Part shown: in pieces, positions 26,344 through 37,790 of the stretch | Position numbering within the stretch: position 1 is the first letter of the stretch | Layout: each line of letters starts with the position of its first letter | Source of the DNA: Octopus vulgaris | Lineage: Eukaryota | NCBI GenBank assembly: GCA_951406725.2 | Contig: OX597831.1 | Span: 6,262,001 to 6,326,000, forward strand | Length of the DNA stretch: 64,000 nucleotides | Direction of reading: 5' to 3' | Notes under the pieces: generated by a model | The model's input: only the letters and a program-made list of their open reading frames with translations | What the model was told of the DNA's origin: nothing | Database searches by the model: none | Made by a program: the position numbers and the translations under genes

Positions 26344-27206
26344 GCCTTTGCACAGCTTCTAACACTGGAGATGGGCAGCACAAATTAGAGCCTCTCTTTC
26401 TGGTTTTAAATCACTTTTAGTCATCCACAGCCATTTTTTTTTCTCTGTCTGTCTTATCTTCAACATCCCTATGAAATTGACCATACATTCTTTTCTTTAC
26501 CCACCTATTTTCAGTTTCATTTGTTTTCAATTTCTTGTATAATGCTTTATCTTTGCAATCTTTCATCCTACACAAGCCTGACCTTCCTGGAAAAAAAATG
26601 GAGTCCTGCCACTTGAGCAAAAGGGTTGCAAGTGTAAATGCAGAGGTACCAAGGATCAACTCCTGATAGACAAAACTGTACTTAGAGACTCCAAGAGGAG
26701 GAAAAGTAACTTAGCCATGTCATGGATCAACTATCGTAAGGCATATGATACGATCCCACATTTTTGGATTATGGAGTGTATGAACCTATTTGGTATTGCA
26801 TCGAATGTTGAGCGATTGCTTGGAAAAAGTATGGCAAATTGGAGGACGGACCTGAGAGCATATGGAAGAATTTTAGGGACAGTAGAAATTCGGAGGGGCA
26901 TTTTCCAAGGGGACTGCCTGTCTCCACTGATCTTTGTACTGTGCTTGATACCACTAACACTGATTCTGAGGAAAGCAAAATCTGGGTATGTATTCAAAAG
27001 CCATCAGCAAAAAGTCAACCATTTGTTATTCATGGATGGTAAAGATGAAGCCCAAGTCAGTTCCCTCGTTAATACAGTGTATACCTTCAGTGCTGATATC
27101 AAACTGGAGTTCGGACTGAGAAAGTGTGGTGTGTTAGTCTTGAAGAGAGGCAAAATCAAATGTTTGGATGGGCTAACGATACCGTTGGGGGAGGTTATGA
27201 AGCAGA
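26344..27206. mobile_element. R4/Dong-clade non-LTR retrotransposon remnant with inverted 5' segment
   Basis: + strand 26590-27206: EQKGC…[10 protein letters not shown]…[13 protein letters not shown]…[13 protein letters not shown]…NHLLFMD; - strand 26390-26587: WVKKRMYGQF and the downstream domain; (TAA)n on both flanks. Confidence 0.75.
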
Positions 27207-27229
27207 TAATAATTATTATTATTATTATT

Positions 27230-27458
27230 AAGGTGGCAAACTAGCAGAATTGTTAGCACACTGAGCAAAATGCTTAGCAGTATCTTGCCCATCTTTACAT
27301 TCTGAGTTCAAATTCCACCAGAGTCAACTTTGCTTTTCATCCTTTCAAGGTTGATAAGTTAAGTACCCATGAAACACTGGGTTGATATAATCAATTAGTC
27401 CCTCTCCCCAAATTTCAGGCCTTGTGCCTATAATAGAAAGGATTATTATTATTATTAT
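27230..27458 (+). mobile_element. tRNA-derived SINE (family C)
   Basis: aaggtggcaaactagcagaa…ctgagttcaaattcc…(att)n tail. Confidence 0.75.
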
Positions 27459-28485
27459 TCACTGCACATTATGAATATAAAATACTGATTGTTTTTTTCC
27501 TTCATCATTAATCTCAAACCTTTACAAAAGGTCTTAGACAAAAAGTACCACCCTAAGAATATGATCTGCTCCAAGGAGGTTGGTTTTTGGAGCACTTGTA
27601 TGTATATCCGTCTTCGTGTCTAACTATTCCAGTTAGTATGACGATAAATCTCTTTTGGGGATTGAATCTAAATGCTCTGATAGTAACTGGTAAAACTTTC
27701 ACTTTTACTGCTGGCAATTTCTTAAATTACTTTATTAAATGCTTTAGAAAATTTTAATTCATTTCTCTGATTTCTGTTTTCATATCTTATTAGTGTGACA
27801 GATAAAACAGTAAAAAAAGAGGTAGAACTAGGCCAATGTAACTGAGAACTGCAGAGAGAGAAATGGGAGAAAAATGAAGTCCCTTTGCTTCAAGTGGTAT
27901 TGTAGGTAGTAAGAGTAGTAGTAGTTGGTACAGTGGTGTGGTAGTAAAAGTCTTAGAGAATCAAATCTCTAACTCAAGTTCAAATCCTAGGTGGGTCATT
28001 TCATGCACTTTTTGAATGCTTATGAGAAGTGAATCAATATCACTGCTTCCCATGTTTCTTCTGTACAGATGAAACTTAATCCTTTGGAGATATGCTGTAC
28101 TTGAGAAGACCTGGTAAGCCAAGTGAGACCATATCCGTGGCCTATGCCTGTGCTGTATAACCAGCCCATTTAAGAGTACCCTTCAATCATTTGTCAATAA
28201 ACTATACTTGCAAAGATCTATCGAGGCAAAAGAAATCTCTGTCGTGGCCAATGCCAGTACCGCCTGATTGGCACCCATGCCAGTGGAACGTTAAAAGCAA
28301 CATTCGAGCGTGATCATTGCCAGGGCTGCTGACTGACTAGCAGGTCAGGTGATCATGTAATGTATAAAACCAATTAGCTATGTTTTTATATCTTATGACA
28401 GAATTTGATGTGGGTTTAGTTTTTAAGTATGAGTTATTTGGAAGGACCATAATTTGTCTTCTGTAAGGATTTTAGTTGTTTATCT

Positions 28486-28747
28486 CAGTGGTTCCCAAAC
28501 TTTTTCAGGCTGCCACCCCCTTGATACTCTGGCTACACTCCTAGCACCCCCACCCCAACCAACCTTCACAAGCATAGACCTCTTTCTGAAGCAAATTCAA
28601 AGCAACTGTATTTCACAAATAAAACTTAACCATTATTTTATTCTTTTTACATGAATCACTACCCCATTATCGCCACACTTTTCTTCAGTGCCCCCTTGGA
28701 AATCCCCCCCCCTCAAGGGGCAATACTGTCCACTTTGGGAACCACTG
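28486..28747. mobile_element. hAT-type MITE
   Basis: TIRs cagtggttcccaaa / tttgggaaccactg; imperfect 8 bp TSD gtttatct / ttctatct. Confidence 0.7.
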
Positions 28748-29217
28748 TTCTATCTTGTAAAAATATAAAAAAGTTATTTATTTTTCATTTATCTCTTTTT
28801 TATATATTTCTTAATAAAATTCCAGTGCAGACAATTTTGGAAAAGTTAGAATACTTTCTGACTTTTCAAAGTATTTTGTTTCTATGTATAGTGTGAAATT
28901 GTTTTCCCAGCTTCATTTTGGTAAGAGATTACTTCTAGTTGGCTGTTATTCTGAATATGTTTTCCACCCACTTACATTTCAAATGTAGTATAAGTTTCTC
29001 CCTTGTTTTGCCATTATTAAATTGTATTTTGGGTGTATCCTAAGTACTGTGACCTTATTTATCATAGAATCTCTTTCCTTTTCCTCACATGTTTGTTTGT
29101 CAAGAGAGCTGGAATACTTGTATTCTTTAATAAGCTCGTATCTAGGCTGTCTCTCTTGTAGATTTCCCCTTACATTCATTAACTTCCTGTGTTTTAATAT
29201 GCATATTTCAATATAGA

Positions 29218-29917
29218 TATGAGGCTAATGCTGTTTCGCAGCTCTCCTTGAAAAATGCATTCTTTTAAAAATCTTTTTCCGGATTCCTACATTTTAGATG
29301 TCAGAGCTTACGAAAATGCAAAAAAAAAGAAGATTTTTAACCCCACCACCACCCTCCTGTTTAAAGTTTTGAACTTTTTCGAAAATTTTTTTCCCCTATG
29401 TTTTTAGATGTCAGAAATTCCAAATATAAAAGAAATCATGTTTTCAAAATTTTAAATTCAATAAGCTTATAGACATGTGTATGAAGTGATTAGATAGATG
29501 TGTCTTCCCAGGGCTAAAAACAACAGTAACACTGTCTTCTATAGGACCACCACATTTAGTTGACAAATATATTTTATGAATAAACGGACAGGGATAAATA
29601 GATAGACAGATAAGTAAATAAATGGATGAAAAGTTCAAAATCAAAAATTGGGGGAGGGGGTGAAATTTTAGCCCCTTATTAAACTTTATAACATTAATTA
29701 TTAAACATTAATGTTTGTTTCTCATGAAATGGTGTATATTTAATTTGCATTAATTTATTATTCACAATTATTTAAGGCAAACAAGTAAAACGCAAATTCT
29801 TTTCACTTTAATGGATGATGATGATAATCTCTAACATCTAAAATGTGGGAATCTTTAAAACTTTTTTTCAAAAAAGGCATTTTTCAATGAGAGGTGTAAA
29901 ACTGCATTTGCCCTATA
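29218..29917. mobile_element. MITE-like element with long imperfect terminal inverted repeats
   Basis: ctctccttgaaaaatgc…attcctacattttagatgtcagag versus ctctaacatctaaaatgtgggaat…gcatttttcaatgagag. Confidence 0.55.
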
Positions 29918-29930
29918 TATGTGTGTGTGT

Positions 29931-30262
29931 GAAGGCGCATGGCTCAGTGGTTAGTGTCGAGCTTATGATCATGAGGTTGTGAGTTCAAATCCCGGACCGG
30001 GCTGCGTGTTGTGTTCTTGAGCAAGACACTTTATTTCACGTTGCTCCAGTTCACTCAGCTGTAGAAATGAGTTGCAGTGTTACAGGTGCCAATCTGTATC
30101 GGCCTTTGCCTTTCCCTTGGATAACATTGGTGGCGTGGAGCAGAGAGGCCAGTATGCATGGACGACTGCTGGTCTTCCATAAACAACCTTGCCCAGATTT
30201 GTGCCTGGGAGAGTAACTTTCTCAGTGCAATCCCATGGGTAGTCATGACTGAAGGGGGTCTC
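29931..30262 (+). mobile_element. tRNA-derived, CORE-like SINE (family D)
   Basis: A box tggctcagtgg, B box gagttcaaatccc, then cttgagcaagacacttt…ctcagctgtagaaatg. Confidence 0.7.
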
Positions 30263-30296
30263 AGCATATATATATATATTATTGTTTATGTATATG

Positions 30297-30586
30297 TATT
30301 GGGTCATCCCATAAATAATGTGGGTTTTCTTGAACTAAAAGTCGTAGGGGAACTGGATAAACTACCTGCAACAACTTGCAACAAAAGCAGGTAGTAATTT
30401 TACCTTGTTGTTTTATACATTACCTTGGACTTATTCTTTTGTACAAGTTTTGAAGAGTGCAGTTCAATTTTAAGTTATTTTTTCAAAGCTGTAATGGAAG
30501 TGACAAAGGAGCATATTCAGCATATTTCGTTTTATGAGTTCAATAAAGGCAACAACATAACAGAAAGTGCAAGGAATATTAATGCG
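30297..30586 (+). mobile_element. Mariner transposon 5' fragment (TIR plus transposase N-terminus)
   Basis: ta-ttgggtcatcccataa TIR-like start; MEVTKEHIQHISFYEFNKGNNITESARNINA resembles mariner N-terminal HTH; truncated by an RTE piece at 30586. Confidence 0.7.
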
Positions 30587-30830
30587 TGGTGAAGCACGAC
30601 CATCGAACATTAGGTCTCACCGAGGCAATGACTAGTGACCAAGACCTTTGGAAGTATGCTGTGCGTGAGAAGACCCGGCAGGACAAGACCACAAACCGTG
30701 GCCTTTACCTGGGATGTAGCCAGTCCACTTATGCATACCTTTTCCTCTTGGGACACAAAACTCTGCTTGTGAAGACCTGTTGAGGCAAGTGAAATCGAAA
30801 TCGATCAAATGGAAATTGTAGTTGTGATAA
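30586..30830 (+). mobile_element. RTE 3' fragment
   Basis: Matches 14278-14500. Confidence 0.75.
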
Positions 30831-32160
30831 ATTTCGAGAAGCTATCTATTTTGATTGGAATTTTAATTTTTGGCCCTGAATATGCTTAAAACTTTGTAAA
30901 ACTCATTTTATGAATAGCAGCAACAAGTCACAATGGAAAAGGACATTTATCATCTAAATATGCTGTGTAGCTATTTCAAGTTAAATAGTTAAGATTGTTT
31001 TTAGAATATAAAGTGTTTGTTTATTTTAAGGTAAAAGTAAAATCCAAACTTTGGGATATGTTTATTTATGAAAAAAGTTTCAAAATATAGAAAAAAACAA
31101 AAATAACAAACACTGCCTTTTGTATAATATTCAAAACAGATGTTAAATATTGATGATGAAAATATTTGCCAAACAAAGTTAGTGAAGAATTCTATGTATT
31201 TAGCTCCCAAATTTACTCCTCTTTCTACTTGTATGGAAAGTAAGATGTTAAAATTCCTGAGCCCTTCCCTACTGAAGCTGCTATTATTATCAGTTTTTGA
31301 TGCCTGCTGGACACTCTCACTGCACTTGTAGACGTTAAATAAATAGTTGAAATAATTAAATAGAATAATGTTAAGAGTTCTGACTACAGTTGTTACTTTA
31401 ACAGTTGTTATTTAAGTGGAAATGTTAAAGGTGGATGGCTAGGTTATTATGTCTAGTTTGAAACATTACTTATTGTGGAATATGTTATCATTTAGCAGGG
31501 AATAAAGAGTAAAGAATAATGAAATGTTGTGTGGAGTCAGCAGTATTAAGGAATGTGTATTCTTTTGAATGTTTTAAAGGGGGAGGAAGTGCTCCAGATT
31601 TGAGGTTTGGCATAAATGGAGTAAGATTAATGGCAGTTGATGTTCAGTTTAAATCATTGGAGGTTAATTTATGTAGAGATGTGGCCAGGAAGGGAATGAA
31701 GCTCTTGAGAAGGAACATTCTGTTTAGTAAAATGTTTAGTATGGTGGTCAGGAATTGAAACAATTTAGGAGTGGGTAGGAAAAGTGGGTTTAGAGACTAT
31801 TGTATTGTTGGTAGAAGAGATAATGAGCACAACCTAACGGTGGTGGTTGTTGTTATGGATGTTTATTTTCTGTTCACTTCTGATGAGGTAGACTTGTGGT
31901 CAAAAGATTTTCTATTCATGAACATCCCATGTTTTATGTATATTCAGGTCTACGTTGTCTAATGTGTCATTCTCTTTTTAAGTTGATGGGATGTATCATC
32001 GAGAAGATTTAGCTTCTGTTTCTAGCAAGTCAAACATAAACACAAGTAGTTGTTCAGTGATGAAATATTTTCAGTTTCTGATAGGAAGGCCAACCTTTAC
32101 ACTGAGGTTGCATGAAAAGTTATTGGAGATCTTTGAAGTAAAAAAAAAACAAACAATTGT

Positions 32161-32530
32161 CTGTGTGGTATGAAGCTTACTTCCCAACCACGTGGTTCCC
32201 TGCTCAGTCCCACTGTATGGCACCTTGGACAAACGTCTTTTACTATAGCCTTGGCCTGACCAAAGCCTTGTCAGTGGATTTGGCTGACAGAAACTGAAAG
32301 AAGCCTGTCGTGTGTGTGTCTTTGTGTCTGTGTTTGTCCCTCACCACTACTTGACAACTAGTGTTGGTATGTTTACATCCCCATAACTTAACAGCTCTGC
32401 AAAGGAGACCAAGAGAATAAGCACCAAACTTTAAAAAATAAGTACTGGGATTAATTCACTCGATTAAAATCATTCAAGGCAGTGCTCCAGTATGGCCACC
32501 ATCTAATAACTGAAACAAGTAAAACAAAGA
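32161..32530 (+). mobile_element. tRNA-derived SINE (family B)
   Basis: Homologous to the reverse complement of 53630-54053. Confidence 0.75.
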
Positions 32531-33229
32531 TATTTTTTACCTTTCAGTTTTGTCTGGAGGAACAGATTAAAAAAATATTTTGTTGTTGGTTTAGTCTAGA
32601 TGAAAACGCTGGGCCGTTGACCTTCACAGTCCCTTTGAGACATGAAGGATAATAGATATTGGGGAGAAGGAAGGGCTTTAGTAAAATGATTCGTGCTAGG
32701 GTTGGCTATCACGCAACACATACACTCACATATACATCATTATTACAATAAAAACCAGGACAGATGCAAGGATTAAGAAAAAAAGAAAACAACCCATTTG
32801 TTTCATGTTTATTTGTTCAAATTTCACCAATGTTAGCCCTTCATTCTGGTAGAAAGACTGTAGTAGTAGTATAGTATTTTAAACTAGTTTGATCATTATT
32901 TAATGAAATATTTCTTTTCTCCCTCGTCCATTATCATCATGTCTATTTTTTTAATGCTTGCTAGAGTTGGACATGTCTTCTTCAGCACAGTTGTCTTGCT
33001 ATTTGTTGTAGTTCTGTTGTCATCTCCTTTTTGAGGTTTAGCCTCTTTTGAAACCCTCCTTCACTGCTGTTTCCTTTATCTTCCATGGTCTTACTCTTCT
33101 GCAGGATCCTTCTACTCAGAGCTTCCATAGAAATGGATTCCATAACCTAATGTTGTTGGAACACTGCTTTGTTTTTGTTGTTTAGATTTATCCCTAGGTT
33201 AGCTTTGACTGAGCAAGCCTTTGATCAAA

Positions 33230-33862
33230 AGCACTCCAGCTTTGACCATCTCCTATATGTTTTCTTGCTTACTAGGACCTTATTCTTTGCTAAGTTAACC
33301 TTAAGGCCCTTAGATTCCAGGTGATGGGCCCCTACCTGTACACCAAATTTTTCATTGTACTCATGCTTAACTCTCACCTTACTGATAGTGTCTTTGTGCA
33401 TGGCCTGTACAGCTTTCACCAGCCATTCATCTATCCCTAGCCACTTCAGAGCCTACCGTATCACACAGCAGGGCACTTTATCAAAGGCTTTCTCTAGATC
33501 AACAAATGCCAGGTATAATGGTTTATTCTTAGCTAAGTACTTTTCTTGCAGTTGCTTCACTATAGAAATAGTATCAGTAGCGCTTCTTCCTCAGACAAAG
33601 CTGAACTGCATTTCATCTAACTTAATTCTGCTCTTAATTAATTGGGCTTCTTCTGTAATTTTCATCTCTATTGTTCTTGCATCACCCTTACACTTCTTGC
33701 AGCTAACAATTATGAGAGTACTCCAGTTACTGGGTAATGCACTTTTCTGAATGACCTTATTAACTATGCAGCTGACTATCCCATATCCTACTGTACCAGA
33801 TATTTTGAGCATCTCAGCTGTGATTCCGAATGGACCAGGGGCTTTCCTGGTTCCCATGTTTT
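33230..33862 (-). mobile_element. RTE-clade RT fragment
   Basis: KAPGPFGITAEMLK, KLDEMQFSFV, FVDLEKAFD, SKVRV motifs. Confidence 0.75.
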
Positions 33863-34962
33863 TAATTGCTTTATGTATAATTATATATTTATGTGTGTAT
33901 GCTTATCAAATAACTTGTAAACAATTGCTGCTTTATACTGTAAAGGTCATTGTCTTTCTATAGACTGTTGTTTTTGGTTTTTTTAATTTTTGATATTATA
34001 AGCTGTGATGCCCACATGGGTACATTTCTTTGCATAAAATGGCTCTCACATTAAATGTTTTAAGTTTAATCTTTACTACAGGAATTATGTTGTATTGTTA
34101 GACAAAGAATATTATTTGGTTTCACTGCATGAAATTAAGTGGAAAAAACTTTTAAGGATATTCAACAAGCAGACTTGTTAAACCCTGGGACCAAGATTTT
34201 GTTATGCTTAAAATGGAACCGTCATCGTCATCACTAATGATGGTGTGTATCTTTCTGTGTCTGCTTAATTTGGCTTACTTCTCACATTTGCCTTTAAATG
34301 TTTCTAGTCACAGTTCTTCATCAGTATGCATTACCCATTGGCATCACATTAAGATGAAGAAAAAACTTGTGTAGTTTTCCCCCACTGCATCTATTGGTGT
34401 CTTCACAGCCTGTCATTTTCTCAACTCAGTTTTATTTAGCTTTTTTTGTCACATACATTTCCCAACCAATGCACCATACTTCACCTGTTACTCCTCACCT
34501 TCTCATTCCACTGCCATGTGGCAATGGTTCTTACTTATGCCTTTGTTTTCAAACTCTTCCTACTCTCTAACTGTAGCCATTAGTCTTGATACCAATGAAC
34601 AATTTCTATGTATTATGGCCCAATATTTCACTGCTGGCTGTTGAGCTGTCATTTGTAATCTTTATTATAATCTACATGTTGTAAAGATTCTTTTTTATTG
34701 TACATTGTATAATTAATAGGACACAACATGTTATTTATACACAAACTTAGTAAAATTAAGAAAAGGTATTGATTCTTCTGCAAATGGTGATTGAAGGAAA
34801 AAGTGAAAAAATAAAAAAAATGGAAGGAAGATTATCACAAAATTGGATCAGACAAATTAAAAATGATTGAATACAAGAAGTCAATTGCTGCACGGAAGGT
34901 GTTTATAAGCCATTTAAGAAACACACAAAAACCGTTAGATTCACTTCAACATTTAAATTTAA

Positions 34963-35013
34963 TTTGTCAAAATATTTTCGTCGCTTTGAGACCGCGACCT
35001 GTTCACTGACAAA
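34963..35013 (-). ncRNA. Variant type I hammerhead ribozyme (G3-C8 core), left arm
   Basis: Minus strand UUUGUCA-GUGAACA-G-GUCGC-GGUCUCAAA-GCGAC-GAAA-AUAU-UU-UGACAAA. Confidence 0.6.
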
Positions 35014-35025
35014 ACTTCATGCTGT

Positions 35026-35075
35026 TTTGTCAGTGAACAGGTCGCGTCTCAAAGCGACGAAAATATTTTGACAAA
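35026..35075 (+). ncRNA. Variant type I hammerhead ribozyme (G3-C8 core), right arm
   Basis: UUUGUCA-GUGAACA-G-GUCGC-GUCUCAAA-GCGAC-GAAA-AUAU-UU-UGACAAA: 7 bp stem I, 5 bp stem II, palindromic stem III. Confidence 0.6.
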
Positions 35076-35411
35076 TTAAATTTAAATGTTGAAGTGAATC
35101 TAACAGTTTTTGTGTGTTTCTTAAATGGCTTCTTATAAACACCTTCCATGCTGCAATTGTTTTCGTTCCAGCACACGATCTCAGATCAAGTCACTTGCTA
35201 TGCAAGTACATCTCCGTAAATACAAGAATTATTTTCCCAATAGAAAGCAGTTTATGCTACAAATATCTTCAATATGACAGGTATTATATATCTAATGAAT
35301 GATCTAATGACAAAATTAATAAAGACAACTTCCTTTCTGTAATGTTAGGAAGATGTGTGCTAATGTCAGAGATGAAGATGAGCTTGACACTTTCGTGATA
35401 AACAATGACTA

Positions 35412-36265
35412 CATGGTCTACTCACTAAGTATCCGGACTGTTGCTAAAGCATGCAGAGTGAAATCACTTGCTACAGATTGACCTTGAACTCTGCTGCACA
35501 TGCACTCTTCTTAACATTCTAGCTCACTTCTGCTGTTTACAGAAGTGCTTGGAAGTAACGTGTGTAGTGTGTGTTCATCGCATTGACTATGACATAGAAA
35601 GTTGAGCAGAGAATCTGCATCAAATTTTGCCAAAAGCTTAGTGATACCTGCTTAGAAGCTGACAAAAAATTTTCAAAAAGTTCTCACTGTTCTTGACACA
35701 ATAAAGATTTTGTTCAACTGAAACCCGAGTGTCTTTTTGGTCAGCTGAAAGCAGGTTTTGGCTCAAACTTGGCAGACATGCATCTCATACCCAAATCTTC
35801 TGTGATATTGGACTGAACTGAACCATAGCTAATTTGCACATCCTCTGATAACTCACAGATGGTGATTCGACAGTTTCCCCTCACAGCTCCATGCACATCT
35901 GTGATGGGTTTTTTTAAAGTTCTGCTGGTTGTGTGTCTCCCAGAATATTTGTCAATATCGACATTTTTCCAACCATCTTGGAAATGTCTGAATCACTCAT
36001 ACACTTGTGTGCAGCTCATACACTCCTCTCCATACACTTTCTGCAACTTTGCATTGGCTTCTGAGCAGGTGTCACCATGACAACTTGCTCTGTCTTAGTC
36101 AGTGCAATGACCACACGTTACTTTGAAGCACTGTGGAAGTGAGCTAGGGTGTTAAAACTTAGTGCACAGCAGAGGTCAAAGTCAGTCTGTGCTAAGCGAC
36201 TTCACTCTGCATGCTTTGGCTTCGTTGCTATAGCAACAGTCTGGTTACTTATTGATTAGACCTCG
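35412..36265 (-). mobile_element. Internally deleted mariner transposon
   Basis: TIRs (ta)catggtctactcactaagtatccggactgttgct / agcaacagtctggttacttattgattagacctcg(ta); transposase remnants KLQKVYGEECMSCTQVYE and LGMRCMSAKF. Confidence 0.75.
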
Positions 36266-36639
36266 TATTTCAAGCAACTGATCAAGAAATGTCAGGGACT
36301 TTCCAATTGTTCAACTGCAACAATCATTTACTGCTCTGTTATCCTATAATATAATATTCTGAAATGAATCATAAGCCTGCTAAGAGTAAATAGTATGAGA
36401 CAGTATATGTTGAATAAATAGATTCTAAAATTATTGCTATTGATGAAACATTAAGATCAATTTTTCAAGAAGACAGAATACAAGGATTTGAATCAAATTC
36501 AGTGTATTAATGAAGCTTGTTTTATGAGGAAAAGTAAAGAAGACAGAGAGAGAGAGAGAGAGAGAGAATTGTAAAACATTTGATGTGTCTGTCTATCATT
36601 TTTGTCAACCACCTATTTTCAGATATGCCACGACATAGT

Positions 36640-36818
36640 CCTTTCTCCTAGTGGCACAAAGTCTGAAATTTGTGGTGGGGGTGGTACTTATTTTATCAAT
36701 CCTGAAAGGGTTGATGAAATAAGGCAAGGTCGACTTTGGTGGAATTTGAATCCAGAGCACAAAGAAAGACAAAATGCCACTAAATGTTTTGCCCGACGTG
36801 CCACCGGCTCATTGCCTT
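36640..36818 (-). mobile_element. SINE family C, degenerate
   Basis: aaggcaaggtcgactttggtggaatttgaa…tttgcccgacgtgcc. Confidence 0.6.
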
Positions 36819-37589
36819 AAATATGTCACTACATAATTGATATATAGATCTGTTTGTTCAGTCATAGCATTGTATCCCATCAAATTGCTCAAGACATCAA
36901 GAAAAACCTTGATGCTAGAAATAGCATCCAAACCTCCCTCAGAATCACATCCTGCTATCTAAAAAAAAAAAAAAAGAATGTTTTAGAGAATTTACCCCTG
37001 AACATATAAAAGAATCAAGCTGGGGAAGAGGCTAAACAACAGCAAGAAGAACTTAAACAGCTTATCAATTTCTAATTAATTTGGTGATCCACCAAGTTGA
37101 AATCTCTCTCTCACTTTTTCTGATACCAGAAGAGAACAGTAAAGATGGTTTAACACCTTGCCCAGGTTATACATAACACCACACTACTATTTGTACACAA
37201 AGTTAACTCATTTAATGGGCTTAAATATAATAAAGTTGACTTTTATTTATGCTGGACGGTATAATGCTTACTTTTTCTGTATAAATTTACGAAAACCGTT
37301 TAAAGGTTAACTACTTTTTTGATGTCTGACATACATGCTGGTAATCACAGTCCAGGCCATATTTTACATACTTTACTCGGTTGAGTAAAGTATCATCCAA
37401 GCTGATGTTTATTGGTAATTAAACTAAATTTGCAACACCTGTGTGTATTTATCAGCTTTGTTTTTGTCGATAATTCTTATCAACAACTTTTCCTGTGATC
37501 GTGGTTTGAGAAGACGTATAGCAAGCAGTATGCTAAAGATGGAACATAATTTCTTGTGGGCAAGGAATGTAAAATAAAGTTTATTATAA

Positions 37590-37790
37590 ACAAGATTATC
37601 CACCATCCTTCCAACAACATCCTTAGGCACCTTTTTGAATTCCATATGACAAACACTCGCAGACATGCTTATAAAATCAAAAATCAACACGGCACCCATG
37701 ACTTTCAGAAACATTTTTTCACGCTCAGAATTGCTGAAACATGGAATAAACTACATCCTTCAAAGCTTCCATGCTTCCTGAAATCTGCAA
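37590..37790 (+). mobile_element. CR1/L2-group LINE RT C-terminal fragment
   Basis: TNTRRHAYKI…KHFFTLRIAETWNKL; same family as 4065-4755. Confidence 0.65.

Larger units (their letters stand above)
34880..35218. mobile_element. Short fold-back (inverted pseudo-LTR-like) element with 3' tail and 10 bp TSD; carries a variant hammerhead in each arm
   Basis: Near-perfect palindrome 34882-35159 with an 8 nt centre (35016-35023), unpaired tail to 35218, aatacaagaa direct repeat at 34870-34879 and 35219-35228. Confidence 0.8.

Noticed and set aside
29931-30000. tRNA-like sequence with A and B boxes
   Set aside because: No complete cloverleaf; continues into a SINE body
31878-31915. CTGATGA followed by a short hairpin
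   Set aside because: No GAAA in register and no stem I
34295-34330. CUGAUGA…GAAACAUU on the - strand
   Set aside because: Stems I and II do not pair convincingly
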